NCBI GenBank assembly: GCA_965215565.1
Contig: CBDCDZ010000004.1
Span: 576,001-640,000, forward strand
Direction of reading: 5' to 3'
Source of the DNA: Trueperaceae bacterium
Lineage (GTDB): Bacteria > Deinococcota > Deinococci > Deinococcales > Trueperaceae
Length of the DNA stretch: 64,000 bases
The notes under the pieces are model-generated. The model was not told the origin of the DNA. It saw only the letters and a list, made by a program, of their open reading frames with translations, and searched no databases. Numbering within the stretch: position 1 is the first letter of the stretch; the number at the start of each line of letters is the position of its first letter. Position numbers and translations under genes: made by a program. Shown piece by piece: positions 50,995 to 61,360 of this stretch.

Positions 50995-52070
50995 CCGGGT
51001 CCTCCCTCTTGCTGCAAGTAGACTAAGAGCACCGTGCCAGACGGTCCCGTGGTCTCCGTGACCAAGCGTCCGCCGTGCGCCTCGATAATGCGGCGGGCGA
51101 TGAAGAGCCCTAAGCCGCCCGTGCCAGCGGCGTAGCGCTTGCCCGCGATGTCGATGGGCTGGGCGTTAAAAGGTTGGGCGAGCTGCTCTAAAGCCGCGGG
51201 CAAACCAGGACCGTCATCACTGATGCGGATAACGCCGGGGAACAGCTCGAGCTTAATCTCACAGCTCGCGTAGCGCACCGCGTTCGAGACGAGGTTGTAG
51301 AGCGAGCGCTCCAGTTCCCGCGCGTCCACCTTCGCCCGCGCTTGTCCGCTAAACGCCACCTGAATCCCGCGCTCTTTCGCGAGCGGCTCCGCCCGGCGCA
51401 CCACCTCCCCTACAATCTCTTCTAAGTTGTGCGTCTGGCACTTGAGCGGCACGTCTTGGCGCTCGAACTTGTGCGCGTCCACCATCTTCTGCACCAAATC
51501 CACGAGGCGCATGTTCTCGTGCAAAATCTGATCGACTAAGTAGACGCGCTCTTTACGCGAGAGCGTGTCGTCGTCGCGAATGACCGCGAGCAGGTGGTTC
51601 GCGGCGACGAGGGGCGTTTTGAGGTCGTGCATGAGCGTTGCCAAAAAGGACGAGCGGCGCGACTGCTCCACAGTGACCTGTTGCAAGAGCGCGTCGAACG
51701 AAGCGCTGAGCGCGGAGACCTCTTGCGGCGCGCCCGCTTCGGTGACGAGCCTGACCCCGAGTCGGTCCGACTTGCGCTGCAACGCGCTGACTTGTGTGCC
51801 CAACCGGAAGAGCGGCGCGAGCAGTTGGCGCGAGAGGACGTAGCCGATACCCGCCGAGAGAACCGCCACAGCCACGAGCCAGAAGACGAGCAGGAACCAA
51901 AGCCGCGCCGCCTCCTCCGAGCTGTCATTCACGCGGGGGAGCAGCACCGCCAATACGGTGACGAGGTTCGGCAGAAACGAGAGCACGCCGATCACGAGCG
52001 CAACCTGCATCTTCAGGGTGGGAAACCGGGGCGTTTCGCGCTTTGGACCAGGGGGAGAAGGGGCGCTCAC
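50979..52070 (-). CDS. Sensor histidine kinase (HAMP), cognate of the adjacent regulator
   Basis: HDLKTPL, NLVSNA, DDGPG, GGLGL. Confidence 0.9.
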   Translation of the reverse strand: MSAPSPPGPKRETPRFPTLKMQVALVIGVLSFLPNLVTVLAVLLPRVNDSSEEAARLWFLLVFWLVAVAVLSAGIGYVLSRQLLAPLFRLGTQVSALQRKSDRLGVRLVTEAGAPQEVSALSASFDALLQQVTVEQSRRSSFLATLMHDLKTPLVAANHLLAVIRDDDTLSRKERVYLVDQILHENMRLVDLVQKMVDAHKFERQDVPLKCQTHNLEEIVGEVVRRAEPLAKERGIQVAFSGQARAKVDARELERSLYNLVSNAVRYASCEIKLELFPGVIRISDDGPGLPAALEQLAQPFNAQPIDIAGKRYAAGTGGLGLFIARRIIEAHGGRLVTETTGPSGTVLLVYLQQEGGPGCVSL

Positions 52071-52082
52071 CCCTTTTCTATA

Positions 52083-53870
52083 TCACTCCCCCGACGAGAG
52101 GACAGCCAAAAATGCCTCTTGCGGCACCTCGACGCTGCCGAGCTGCTTCATGCGCTCCTTGCCCTTTTTCTGCTTCTCCAGGAGCTTGCGCTTACGGGTG
52201 ATGTCGCCGCCGTAGCACTTCGCCGTGACGTCTTTGCGAAAGGCGCGCACGGTTGCCCGCGCCAAAATCTTGCCGCCGATCGCCGCTTGAATCGGCACGG
52301 CGAACATCTGCCGGGGAATGACCTCCGCCATCTTATCCACGATCTTGCGCCCGATGCCGTACGCTTTGTCGCGGTGCGCGATGATCGCTAAAGCGTCCAC
52401 CTTCTCCTCGTTGACTAAAACATCCACCTTGACGAGTTGACCGGGACGATACTCGAGCGGTTCATAATCCATCGAGGCGTAGCCGCGCGTTAAACTTTTT
52501 AAGCGGTCATGGAAGTCGTACAAGATTTCGCCGAAGGGAATCTCGTAGCGCAGCTCGACGCGCCGCCCGTGGTAGACCATGTTCTTCATATCGCCGCGCC
52601 GGTCTTGGAGGAGCCCCATCACGTTGCCGACGTACTCCTCAGGCACGTAGACGTTGAGCTTCACGAAGGGCTCTAAAATTCGCTCGACTTCGGTGGGCTC
52701 GGGCAGCTCGGCCGGGTTCTGAATGCGCATGGTGGAGCCGTCTGTCAGCTCGATCTCGTAAATCACAGCGGGCGCGGTGGCGATGAGCCCAAGATCGAAT
52801 TCGCGCTCCAACCGCGCCTGTACGATGTCTGCGTGCAGGAGACCCAGGAAGCCACAACGAAAGCCGAAGCCTAACGCCTCACTCGTTTCGGGCTCAAAAG
52901 TAAAAGCGGCGTCATTGAGCGAGAGCTTTTCTAGCGCCTCGCGCAAGCGGGGATAGTCCTCCGAGTCGGTGGGGTAGAGCCCCGAAAAGACCACGGGTTG
53001 CGCCGCCTTAAAGCCAGGGATGACGTTTTCGGTAGGCTTGCGCGCGTGCGTAATCGTGTCGCCTATCTGCGTGTCCTCGATATTTTTAATGCTCGCCGTA
53101 AGCCAGCCCACCTCGCCCGGACCGAGTTCGTGTGCGACAGCTAAGCTCGGCTCAAAAAACCCGACCTTATCCACCTCGAAGGTCTTGCCCGTCGAGACGA
53201 TCTTAATTTCATCGCCCTTCTTGACAGTTCCGTCCAAGACGCGGAAGAAGGGGATGACCCCTTGGTACGAGTCGTACACAGCGTCGAAGATGAGACACGA
53301 GAGCGGCGCGTCCCTGTTGCCAGCAGGCGGCGGCAAATGCTCCACGATGGCTTCTAAAATCGCCTCGACGTTCTCGCCCGTCTTCGCCGAAACCGCCACC
53401 GCGAAGTCGCCGGGGATACCTACGACTTCCTCGAGTTCGGCAATCGCACCCTCCACGTCAGCGTTCGGCAAGTCGATTTTGTTGACGATAGGCAGCACGT
53501 CCAGACCGTTGTCCACCGCCAGATACGCATTCTGGATGGTCTGCGCCTCGACCCCTTGCGAAGCGTCGATGACCAAGAGGACGCCCTCGCAGGCGCGCAG
53601 CGCGCGTGAGACCTCATAGTTAAAGTCCACGTGACCGGGCGTGTCGATGAGGTTGAACATGTAGCGCTCGCCATTTTTCGCCTGATAATAGAGCCGCATC
53701 GGGCTCGCCTTGATGGTGATGCCGCGCTCGCGCTCCAACTCCAAGGTGTCCAACATCTGGTCACGGCGGTTGCGCTCGCTGACACTCTGGGTCAGCTCTA
53801 AAATTCTGTCGGCCAAAGTTGACTTGCCGTGGTCTACGTGCGCGATGATCGAGAAGTTGCGGATTTCCAT
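52083..53870 (-). CDS. lepA: Translation elongation factor 4 (LepA)
   Basis: [22 protein letters not shown]...[20 protein letters not shown] 7 nt before ATG 53870. Confidence 0.97.
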   Translation of the reverse strand: MEIRNFSIIAHVDHGKSTLADRILELTQSVSERNRRDQMLDTLELERERGITIKASPMRLYYQAKNGERYMFNLIDTPGHVDFNYEVSRALRACEGVLLVIDASQGVEAQTIQNAYLAVDNGLDVLPIVNKIDLPNADVEGAIAELEEVVGIPGDFAVAVSAKTGENVEAILEAIVEHLPPPAGNRDAPLSCLIFDAVYDSYQGVIPFFRVLDGTVKKGDEIKIVSTGKTFEVDKVGFFEPSLAVAHELGPGEVGWLTASIKNIEDTQIGDTITHARKPTENVIPGFKAAQPVVFSGLYPTDSEDYPRLREALEKLSLNDAAFTFEPETSEALGFGFRCGFLGLLHADIVQARLEREFDLGLIATAPAVIYEIELTDGSTMRIQNPAELPEPTEVERILEPFVKLNVYVPEEYVGNVMGLLQDRRGDMKNMVYHGRRVELRYEIPFGEILYDFHDRLKSLTRGYASMDYEPLEYRPGQLVKVDVLVNEEKVDALAIIAHRDKAYGIGRKIVDKMAEVIPRQMFAVPIQAAIGGKILARATVRAFRKDVTAKCYGGDITRKRKLLEKQKKGKERMKQLGSVEVPQEAFLAVLSSGE

Positions 53871-54241
53871 TGAGGACATTGTACCGGAGAAGTGCGTTGC
53901 GCACTGATACATGCGCGCATAGTGGGAATTTGTACGTGCGCGCGTTCTTGCGAGAATCATAGCGCGGACGTAACACGAGTTGGAATAATCGTTGCAACCC
54001 CAACGAAACGAACGTGAAGGTGCGCGAAGATTCCTAGACTCATCTTCGCCCTCCATTGTTATAAGGCACCTCTACAACGCTCGGTTCTGCGGAAGGGGTT
54101 CGCTATAATCTTTCAGATTTATGAGGTGAGCGCGTAGCATTCCATTTGGAGATCATACGAAACATAAAGAAGCACGAACGATGAAGCCACGATTTCTAAT
54201 TTCTTACTTTTTTCGTCCCTTTGTGAGGTTAATCTATACGC

Positions 54242-54802
54242 ATGAACGTGCCTAGTTTTTCACGCTTCCGCTCCGGTACACCCGCGCCCTTTCCTTCTGG
54301 GGAGAGCGTGTCCTATAGCGAGGTGCAAAAGAGCGGCTTACAGGAGCATTACATCCGCATCATCCACAAGCTTGTGACCAAGGGAGAGGTAGATAAGGCG
54401 CAAGTGAATAGGTGGCTCAAGCGCGCCGCTTCGGAAGACCGCGCCGAGAGCCGCAAGGTGAGAGACGAACTCGAGGCAACCCAACCCGCGCCCGTAGTGT
54501 CTGCTGCGCCCTCATCGGCGTCTAGCACATCGCCATCCGGGGGTGCTCGCACGACGCGGGCAACAACCCGTGGCTCAACGTTTACCGGCGCGAAACGCGG
54601 ACGCGCCGAAAAGCTCCTCACACTCGTCTCGAAGGGCAATCATAAAGAAGCGGTCAAAGCGGCTCAAACGTACGCCCTCTCCCCCACCCAGGTCTCACAA
54701 GCTGCGCTCCGCCCCGGACAGTCCGCCGAGGCGCACACAGTCAAAGCGCCGAGTAAAGTAGCGAGTAAGTTGATCACGACGGGATACTGGGCGACGCAGT
54801 AA
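54242..54802 (+). CDS. Hypothetical protein (two domains, S/T/A linker, basic C-half)
   Basis: 186-aa ORF with GAGG upstream; no recognised motif. Confidence 0.6.
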   Translation: MNVPSFSRFRSGTPAPFPSGESVSYSEVQKSGLQEHYIRIIHKLVTKGEVDKAQVNRWLKRAASEDRAESRKVRDELEATQPAPVVSAAPSSASSTSPSGGARTTRATTRGSTFTGAKRGRAEKLLTLVSKGNHKEAVKAAQTYALSPTQVSQAALRPGQSAEAHTVKAPSKVASKLITTGYWATQ

Positions 54803-54886
54803 GCGCGGCGCTCTCTTCGCGGTCTCAAGGTGACCTCTCACTGAGGTCTGTTCGCTCTCCGGTTTCTCGGAGCATAACTCAGGTAA

Positions 54887-55220
54887 TACGAGGTTGCATG
54901 GCTTATAGCAGGTATCATCTGGTCAGAGTGTACGAAGTTTTGCGAAGCAACACTCACACTTTGTAAAACGATGTTTCGCTTTGCGAAAACTGCGTAACTA
55001 GCACGCACTTCAAGGGATGAAATCCCGCAACGGCAGGGCGGCCTGCCCGTAACGCTAGTCCTTGCGGACAGAGATCTGCGCTCATCCGTCTCAGTATGTT
55101 GTGGAACTGCTATTAGTTTGCAAACTAAGCCATGCCCTTCACGGATGGGACGTAAACTCGGCGCTTCGCTGAAAAGTTAAAACGCTCTCAGTAAGGATAA
55201 GTAAGCCGTGCAATTCCGTA
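54887..55220 (+). mobile_element. MITE family C copy interrupted by a family B element
   Basis: TACGAGGTTGCA...TGCAATTCCGTA, TAA duplication. Confidence 0.8.
54906..55112 (+). mobile_element. MITE family B long form (207 bp)
   Basis: TAGCAGGTATC...GGAACTGCTA, TTA duplication. Confidence 0.82.
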
Positions 55221-55367
55221 TAACTGCTTCAGCACCTCTTCGGCACTTTCTCAGATGAGCGCCGTTAGGTAAGCTCGAACCGCCGTTAAAACAGATTTCG
55301 GCAGGCTTCCCTATGCAAAAGACCCCTCGTGAGAATTTTGTCAGAAGGGTTGTCCTAAAGTACATTC

Positions 55368-55472
55368 AGGCAGGGCAACACCGTGAACCGTCATCGACTA
55401 CACCGTGCATCATTACGAACGCCCTGCCTCTCCTCTCTCGCCCCCTTCACTCCTCGAGGGGGCTTTTATTTT
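55368..55472 (+). ncRNA. Candidate small RNA
   Basis: TTGTCA-17-TACATT promoter (55338-55366), stem-loop, CU-rich stretch, GC hairpin plus T-run. Confidence 0.45.
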
Positions 55473-55625
55473 TCTCTCACCACGCGGATGTGTTAAAGAA
55501 ATAACCGGGACGCGCGCTGCATCCCGGCTAAGATTTTGAAGCAACATCATCAAGGTTCAACGCACAAACATCATGCTTGCATTTTAAGAAAGCGCTAAAC
55601 AGAACATCGTACCCGAAAAGGGTAT

Positions 55626-55979
55626 TTAGTAAGCTGAGCGGCCGCCCCGTTCGGCGTTGACTGTATCCAAGATGCCGCTAATTTCAGATGCCAAGTGCGG
55701 CTCTTGCGCGCCGAAGTCGGCGAGTTGCTGGCAGATTGCGCTCACGCCGGGCTCGTTGCCGATTTCCGCTTCGTAAACGATGCCCATCTGCAACTGCTCT
55801 AAGATTTGCTGCGCGTCCTTCATAAGCTCCCCTAACCTCGATGCTTTAATTTCCAACATCTTACGGTGCATAAACACGTGCGCCGTGTGAAATTCTTCCC
55901 CACGCTTCACCGATATGAAAATTTTACATCTGGCTACGAAAGCGCCCCCGCTTCTTAGAACGATTATGCACTGCGCCAT
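55626..55979 (-). CDS. Hypothetical protein
   Basis: 117-aa ORF, globular composition; start uncertain. Confidence 0.5.
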   Translation of the reverse strand: MAQCIIVLRSGGAFVARCKIFISVKRGEEFHTAHVFMHRKMLEIKASRLGELMKDAQQILEQLQMGIVYEAEIGNEPGVSAICQQLADFGAQEPHLASEISGILDTVNAERGGRSAY

Positions 55980-56088
55980 ACCGTCCGATTGAAGTGAGGC
56001 TTACCCTATAGGGCTTATAGCCCCGCGCACGTCAGTACGTGCAGACTACTCTATCCGACACCCGGACGCTCGGGGTATAAAAGTAGAC

Positions 56089-57018
56089 ATGGCGAAACCC
56101 CGCATCATCCTCGACTGTGACCCCGGTCATGACGACGCGCTGGCGCTGCTCGTCGCCGCGCAGCACTGCGACGTGCTCGGCGTGACGACGGTGAGCGGCA
56201 ACGTGCCGCTCCACCTGACGACACATAACGCGCTCATCACCACGCAGATTTTGGGCTTGGACGTTCCCGTTCACGCGGGCGCGACGAGGCCGCTCGTCGC
56301 AAAACCCAAGCACGCCGAATTCATTCACGGCGAGACCGGTTTAGGGGGTCCCGAGTTGCCACCGCTGGAGCGCGAAGCGCGGAGTCACGACGCCGTCAGG
56401 TTCATCATCGACACCGCCCGCTCCGAAACGGACCTCTGGCTCATCGCCACGGGACCGCTTACCAACATCGCGCTCGCCCTGCGCAGCGCCCCGGACCTAG
56501 CAGAAAGGCTCACCGGGATTTCGCTCATGGGCGGCTCGGCTACCTTTGGCAACGTGACGCCCGTCGCCGAATTCAACATCTGGGCGGACCCCGAGGCGGC
56601 GGAGGTGGTTTTTGGCTGCGGCGCGCCCATCCTCATGTCCGGGCTCAACGTGACGCACCAGTTCATGATTCGCCCGGAGGACATCGCCGAGATTCGCGCC
56701 ACCAAAAGCGCCGCCGCGACGTTCTGCGCGGACATGCTCGAGTTCTACTGCCACGCCTACGCCGAAAAGTTTTATGGGCGCGCCGAAGGACCCCTCCACG
56801 ATCCCTGCGCCGTACTCGCCGTGACGCACCCCGAGCTTTTCGAGTTCGGCGCACGTCACGTGGGCGTCGAAACGCAAGGGCGGCGCACGCGGGGCATGAC
56901 GGTGGTGGACGAGCGCGGCGTGAAAGAGGTGGCAGCGAGCAACGCGCAAGTGGCGTATAAGCTTGACCGGGAGGGAGCGCTAGAGGTATTTTTAGAGGCG
57001 ATTCGGGCTTACAGTTAA
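56089..57018 (+). CDS. Inosine/uridine-preferring nucleoside hydrolase
   Basis: DCDPGHDD, TGPLTN, GNVTPVAEFNI.ADPEA, LHDP. Confidence 0.94.
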   Translation: MAKPRIILDCDPGHDDALALLVAAQHCDVLGVTTVSGNVPLHLTTHNALITTQILGLDVPVHAGATRPLVAKPKHAEFIHGETGLGGPELPPLEREARSHDAVRFIIDTARSETDLWLIATGPLTNIALALRSAPDLAERLTGISLMGGSATFGNVTPVAEFNIWADPEAAEVVFGCGAPILMSGLNVTHQFMIRPEDIAEIRATKSAAATFCADMLEFYCHAYAEKFYGRAEGPLHDPCAVLAVTHPELFEFGARHVGVETQGRRTRGMTVVDERGVKEVAASNAQVAYKLDREGALEVFLEAIRAYS

Positions 57019-57116
57019 AGAGGCTAACTTTTGTCGAGTTTCCGCGCCCCTTTGCAAGTAAAAGCGAGGTGATATTTTATATAGCGGCATAATTCAGTTA
57101 CTGACAAACTCATGCT

Positions 57117-57569
57117 ATGAAACATTTTCTATTCATTTCTCTCATCGGTTTTTTAGCAGCGTGCGGTTCAACCTCAACTCCAGTAGATGCTGCGCCGATA
57201 TACCCAAGCATTGCTGATACGTGGAGCGATTCGAATGTCGAAATGAGCGTATGTGGAATAAGAGGTTCGGTTCGCCTCACCCTCAATCTAAACCAAAACG
57301 ACAATCAGCTTAACGGGACAGTGCAATGGCGTAGCGCCGACGGAAGCGTTGTCACAGAGACATTCACAGGTAAAATCACAACTGCCGGACGCATCACGGG
57401 TACTGGCTACGGCACAAGCAGTGACGCTCAAGACGATACCGACTTTGACATGCAGGTCTCGAGTGATGGAACATCTCTCGGTGGCTCGGTAGCCAGCGCA
57501 GCTAGAGTCGAATGTCCAGATGGTAGCCTTCAGCGTGGCACAGGGCAAGTCAACTTTGAGCGAGAATAG
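57117..57569 (+). CDS. Hypothetical lipoprotein (beta-rich)
   Basis: Lipobox LAAC. Confidence 0.65.
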   Translation: MKHFLFISLIGFLAACGSTSTPVDAAPIYPSIADTWSDSNVEMSVCGIRGSVRLTLNLNQNDNQLNGTVQWRSADGSVVTETFTGKITTAGRITGTGYGTSSDAQDDTDFDMQVSSDGTSLGGSVASAARVECPDGSLQRGTGQVNFERE

Positions 57570-57749
57570 TTGAGTTAGCACAATCCGAAATACAACCATG
57601 AGCGGTAGATTTCTGCGGGTACCAAGTAGAAACTTACCGCTCAATTTTTGGTGCCTAAACAACGCACCCAGAACTAATCTGTGAGCTACGCCGATCTTCA
57701 TCTTCCCATACAGTAGAATAGGCTCAATACTCTGTTTAGGGAGATACTT

Positions 57750-58430
57750 TTGATCGAGTTTCACCGCGTTACTAAAACCTACCCGCGCACCCACACGCAC
57801 GCGCTTAGAGACGTCAACTTTCGCATTCAAAAGGGCGAATTTCTCTACATCACCGGGCATTCGGGCGCGGGCAAGTCCACCCTCTTGTCGCTGCTGCTAC
57901 GCCGCATCAATCCTACTGAAGGCAGCGTCTACATCTTGGGGCAAGACTTGAGCAAACTGCGCGAGCGCCGGCTGCCCCTCTTGCGCCGCAGAATCGGGAT
58001 GGTCTTTCAGAGCCACCGCCTGCTGCCGCACCTGAGCGCGGTGGATAACCTGACGTTCGCGCTCCGGGCGATTGGTGAGCGCGGCAACTTCGAGCAGCGC
58101 TCATTGGCGGCGCTGCGCCAGGTTGCGCTAGCGCATAAGCGCAAAGCTTTCCCCGTCGAACTCTCCTTGGGTGAACAGCAGCGCGTGGCGATTGCGCGGG
58201 CGATGGTCACGAACCCGCCGCTGCTCCTCTGCGACGAGCCCACGGGCAACCTGGACCCCGACACGAGTTGGGAGATTTTGGAGCTGCTCAACGACTTCAA
58301 CATCAAAGGGACCACCGTGATCGTAGCGACGCACGCCAAAGAGCTGGTGGACCAACTGCGCCGCCGCACCATCGTGCTGAGAAACGGTCAGGTCGTGCGC
58401 GATGATGAGGTGGGCGGGTACTCGCTTTAG
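57750..58430 (+). CDS. ftsE: Cell division ATP-binding protein FtsE
   Basis: GHSGAGKST, LRRRIGMVFQ, LSLGEQQRVAIARA, DEPTGNLDP..S. Confidence 0.85.
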   Translation: MIEFHRVTKTYPRTHTHALRDVNFRIQKGEFLYITGHSGAGKSTLLSLLLRRINPTEGSVYILGQDLSKLRERRLPLLRRRIGMVFQSHRLLPHLSAVDNLTFALRAIGERGNFEQRSLAALRQVALAHKRKAFPVELSLGEQQRVAIARAMVTNPPLLLCDEPTGNLDPDTSWEILELLNDFNIKGTTVIVATHAKELVDQLRRRTIVLRNGQVVRDDEVGGYSL

Positions 58431-58441
58431 GTACGGGTAAG

Positions 58442-59266
58442 GTGGACATCGGGCGAATCGGCAAATATCAAGAGGTTGACGAGCAAGGATTTTTACAGAG
58501 CGTCGGCGACGCCGCGAATATTCAGGGTGTGTGGTTGAAGGCCGTGCAGATACTCGAGCGGGCGTACCTAGAGCGCTGGTCCAACGTCCACAGCCTCTAC
58601 ATCCGGGGGTCCTTAGCCAAAGGAACGCCCATTGAATACGTGTCCGATATCGACAGCTTCGCGGTGATGGAGCCTGGTTGGGATAATACGGTAACGTATG
58701 ACGAGGTAAGGGTCTGGGCGGAAGAGGTCGAACGGGACATTCGGAGTGCGTTTCCTTTCGTCACCGGGGTTGAGGTGGGGCTCGAGGCGTACGCGGGCAT
58801 CCTCGAGCGACATAACCCCTACACCTTCATCCTCAAAACGGAAGCCGCTTGTGTGTACGGCGACAGTTTAGCGAGCGAGGTTGCACCTTACCGACTCGGT
58901 CCTCAGATAGCCTTTCAAACCAAACACTTTCAGCAACACCTAGACCTCTTCTTAAACGAGTATCCGCAGGAACCCGAGGCGGAAAAGGCTGACTTTATAG
59001 CCTGGCTGATGCGGCGCTTTCTGCGCTTAGGGATGGAACTCGTGATGCTCAAAGAGGGGCGCTATACCCGTGACCTCTATCTCTGTTACGAGAGTTTCGC
59101 GAAACACTATCCCGAGCAACAAGAGGCGATGTATAGGGCGCTCGAGCTAGCCCTCAACCCCGACGTGAGCCGAGAAACCGAGCGCTTCGTCGAGGCGTTC
59201 GGTGCATGGTTGGTGCGAGAAGCTGAGCGCTACCTTGTAGAAACAAGCGCAGATTCTGGGAGATAG
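58442..59266 (+). CDS. Nucleotidyltransferase domain protein
   Basis: YIRGS......SDID Pol-beta-like motif. Confidence 0.75.
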   Translation: MDIGRIGKYQEVDEQGFLQSVGDAANIQGVWLKAVQILERAYLERWSNVHSLYIRGSLAKGTPIEYVSDIDSFAVMEPGWDNTVTYDEVRVWAEEVERDIRSAFPFVTGVEVGLEAYAGILERHNPYTFILKTEAACVYGDSLASEVAPYRLGPQIAFQTKHFQQHLDLFLNEYPQEPEAEKADFIAWLMRRFLRLGMELVMLKEGRYTRDLYLCYESFAKHYPEQQEAMYRALELALNPDVSRETERFVEAFGAWLVREAERYLVETSADSGR

Positions 59267-59424
59267 CGTCAAGACTGCAGGTACATTTTGTAGGATACGT
59301 ACGGTAGCGGCTCTAAATCGAATGCTCTCTCTGCTATCTCTACATATTGAACAGAGGGGCGAACAAGGGGTTGAAACCCCTTGCTTTAATATTCGCGTCA
59401 TCTCAAAGCCACTACTCACCCGCA

Positions 59425-61356
59425 TTACTCAGCGCTGACCTCGGCGTAGCTCGGCGTGAAGAGAATCCAGTGCTTGTAGGGGGCTAACTCGATCGTCTCA
59501 CCATTATCTGCAACGAAGGTAAAGCCGCCTTGTGAGGTCCACGTGCCGGGGAGCGCCTTGCCGCGCAGATAAAGCGCCGCGTCGCCGCCACGGTACGGGA
59601 TGTATAAACGTCCTTCCGGGTCGCCGGGCAGGGGCTGCGCTACGATGTCGGCGACGACGACGGCGTCCACGAGCACGTCTTCGCCCCTAGCATCCGAGGC
59701 TTCGTCCCCATTTCTGAGCCAGCGGTACTGGGCAAGCTGCGAGACGTAGCGAAAGCCGCTCGAGTAGGCGGACGAATAGTCCACCACGACGCGCTCCGCT
59801 CCAGGCGCGTTGTCGGCGGGGCGATAAGCGGAGCCGCGTAACACGCTGGAGGCGTCAAGCTCGAGACGAGTGACGGCTTGCCTGAGCGCGTCCCCGCTGG
59901 CGTAGGTGCTGTAGGGCGCACGTTGGTCGCTCACCACGAAGAAGGGGTCCGCCTGCTCCGCTTGCAGGGCGTCCAGCGTCGCGTCGCCTCTGGCGATTTC
60001 GTTCAGCGCACCGGGCGAGCCGCCCACGTGCACGAGCGTACCGTCCATCGCGCTCGCCGCCTGAACGAAATACGGTCTCGCGCTGCGAATAGGTCCGACT
60101 TCGCTCGGGGTGCTGTTAGGGTTGTCGTAGACGCTCATGAGCCGTGTCAAGCCGCCCTCCACGGGCATTTCGTAAATCGCGCCCGCCTCGCGCAAGCCCG
60201 TCTGCGGGTAGCCGAGCGCGTTGTCGAGTATAGCGGCGATGGGCTGGCTCCGGCTCACTTCATAAGGTGTGCGGCTCGCCGGGGCTCCGGTAGCAGCCGT
60301 CTCTACACTAGGCGCAGCCGCCGCGCCTGCGTTGTTCGCCTGCGCCGCGTCCTGCGACTCGGTTTGCCCCGTATCCGCCGCGTTGCCGCCGAGCGCATCG
60401 GCGTCGGCTCTAGCGGCGACGTCGCCGGACTGCGTCTCTTCGGCGTTGGGCGTTTCGGCGGCCACTTGGTCGGGCACATTCGCCGTAGCGGTGGCTTGCG
60501 GGCTCGGCACGGGTTCAGCCTCCGTCACCTGAACGCCCGGCGTCGCCGCTAGAGGACGCGCGCTCGGCACGGAGACCTGCGCCTGCGGCGTTGGTACAGG
60601 TTGGGCGCTCGGCGCGGAGGCTTGAACTTGGGGTGTAGGAATCGTCCGCTCAGGCACCGACGCGCTCGCCTCGGGCGTCGGCACTGGACGCGCTTCGGGT
60701 ATGGACGCTTGCGCTTGCGGCGTCGGCACGGGTTGGGCGCTGGTGACGGAGACCTGGGCACTCGGCTCGGGTACGGCGACGCGCGACGGGACCTCTACGC
60801 GGGGCGTGAGGGCGACGCTGCGCGCTTCGGGCACGGCGGCGGCGGCGCTTGGTTGAGGAATCTGGATAGGCTCAGCGAGGGGTTGGGGCTCCAGTTCTAC
60901 CTCTTCCACTTCGGGCAGCGTCGTAGCGGCGTCTTGTGGGGGTAGATCGAGCGGTTGCGCGTCTGGCGCGGGCACGCTCGCTTGGGGAGCGAGCGGCGGC
61001 TCGCTTATGGGCTCGTTCTGCGCTCGAGGTGCATCGGGCGCGGCTTCCGCCTGCGCCTCCGGCGCTGCGGTGTTCGGCGCAGGTGCTGTTTCGGGCGTGC
61101 GCGGCGCACCCGCCGCCTCGCTCGCCACCTGCGGCTCGGCGGCTTGCGGGGCGGGCTCAGCGGCGGCGGCAGCGTCGCTCGGCTCCGCCTGCTCGCTCGG
61201 ACCGAGTTCTAAGACGATGAAGTTCTCGGGCTCTAGGGGTGTCGGCGCGACGTAGGCGTAGATAACGGCAAAGATGCCCGCGAGGTGCAGGAGTAGCGAT
61301 AGGAGCAGCGCCCGCCGCTTCTCCTTGTCGCGCCAAAACTGTCTCTCGCGCTGCAC
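59425..61356 (-). CDS. TonB-like membrane-anchored Pro/Ala-rich protein with C-terminal DUF3048-like domain
   Basis: TM with SLLLH motif, ~15-aa PVPTPQAQ repeats, LDN...PQTGL..A..IYE.PVEGGLTR, GPIRSAR, HVGGS. Confidence 0.8.
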   Translation of the reverse strand: MQRERQFWRDKEKRRALLLSLLLHLAGIFAVIYAYVAPTPLEPENFIVLELGPSEQAEPSDAAAAAEPAPQAAEPQVASEAAGAPRTPETAPAPNTAAPEAQAEAAPDAPRAQNEPISEPPLAPQASVPAPDAQPLDLPPQDAATTLPEVEEVELEPQPLAEPIQIPQPSAAAAVPEARSVALTPRVEVPSRVAVPEPSAQVSVTSAQPVPTPQAQASIPEARPVPTPEASASVPERTIPTPQVQASAPSAQPVPTPQAQVSVPSARPLAATPGVQVTEAEPVPSPQATATANVPDQVAAETPNAEETQSGDVAARADADALGGNAADTGQTESQDAAQANNAGAAAAPSVETAATGAPASRTPYEVSRSQPIAAILDNALGYPQTGLREAGAIYEMPVEGGLTRLMSVYDNPNSTPSEVGPIRSARPYFVQAASAMDGTLVHVGGSPGALNEIARGDATLDALQAEQADPFFVVSDQRAPYSTYASGDALRQAVTRLELDASSVLRGSAYRPADNAPGAERVVVDYSSAYSSGFRYVSQLAQYRWLRNGDEASDARGEDVLVDAVVVADIVAQPLPGDPEGRLYIPYRGGDAALYLRGKALPGTWTSQGGFTFVADNGETIELAPYKHWILFTPSYAEVSAE

Positions 61357-61360
61357 GAAC

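Noticed and set aside
53871..54056. N-terminally extended LepA (657 aa)
   Set aside because: Homology starts at MEIRNF (53870), which has its own leaderless -10.
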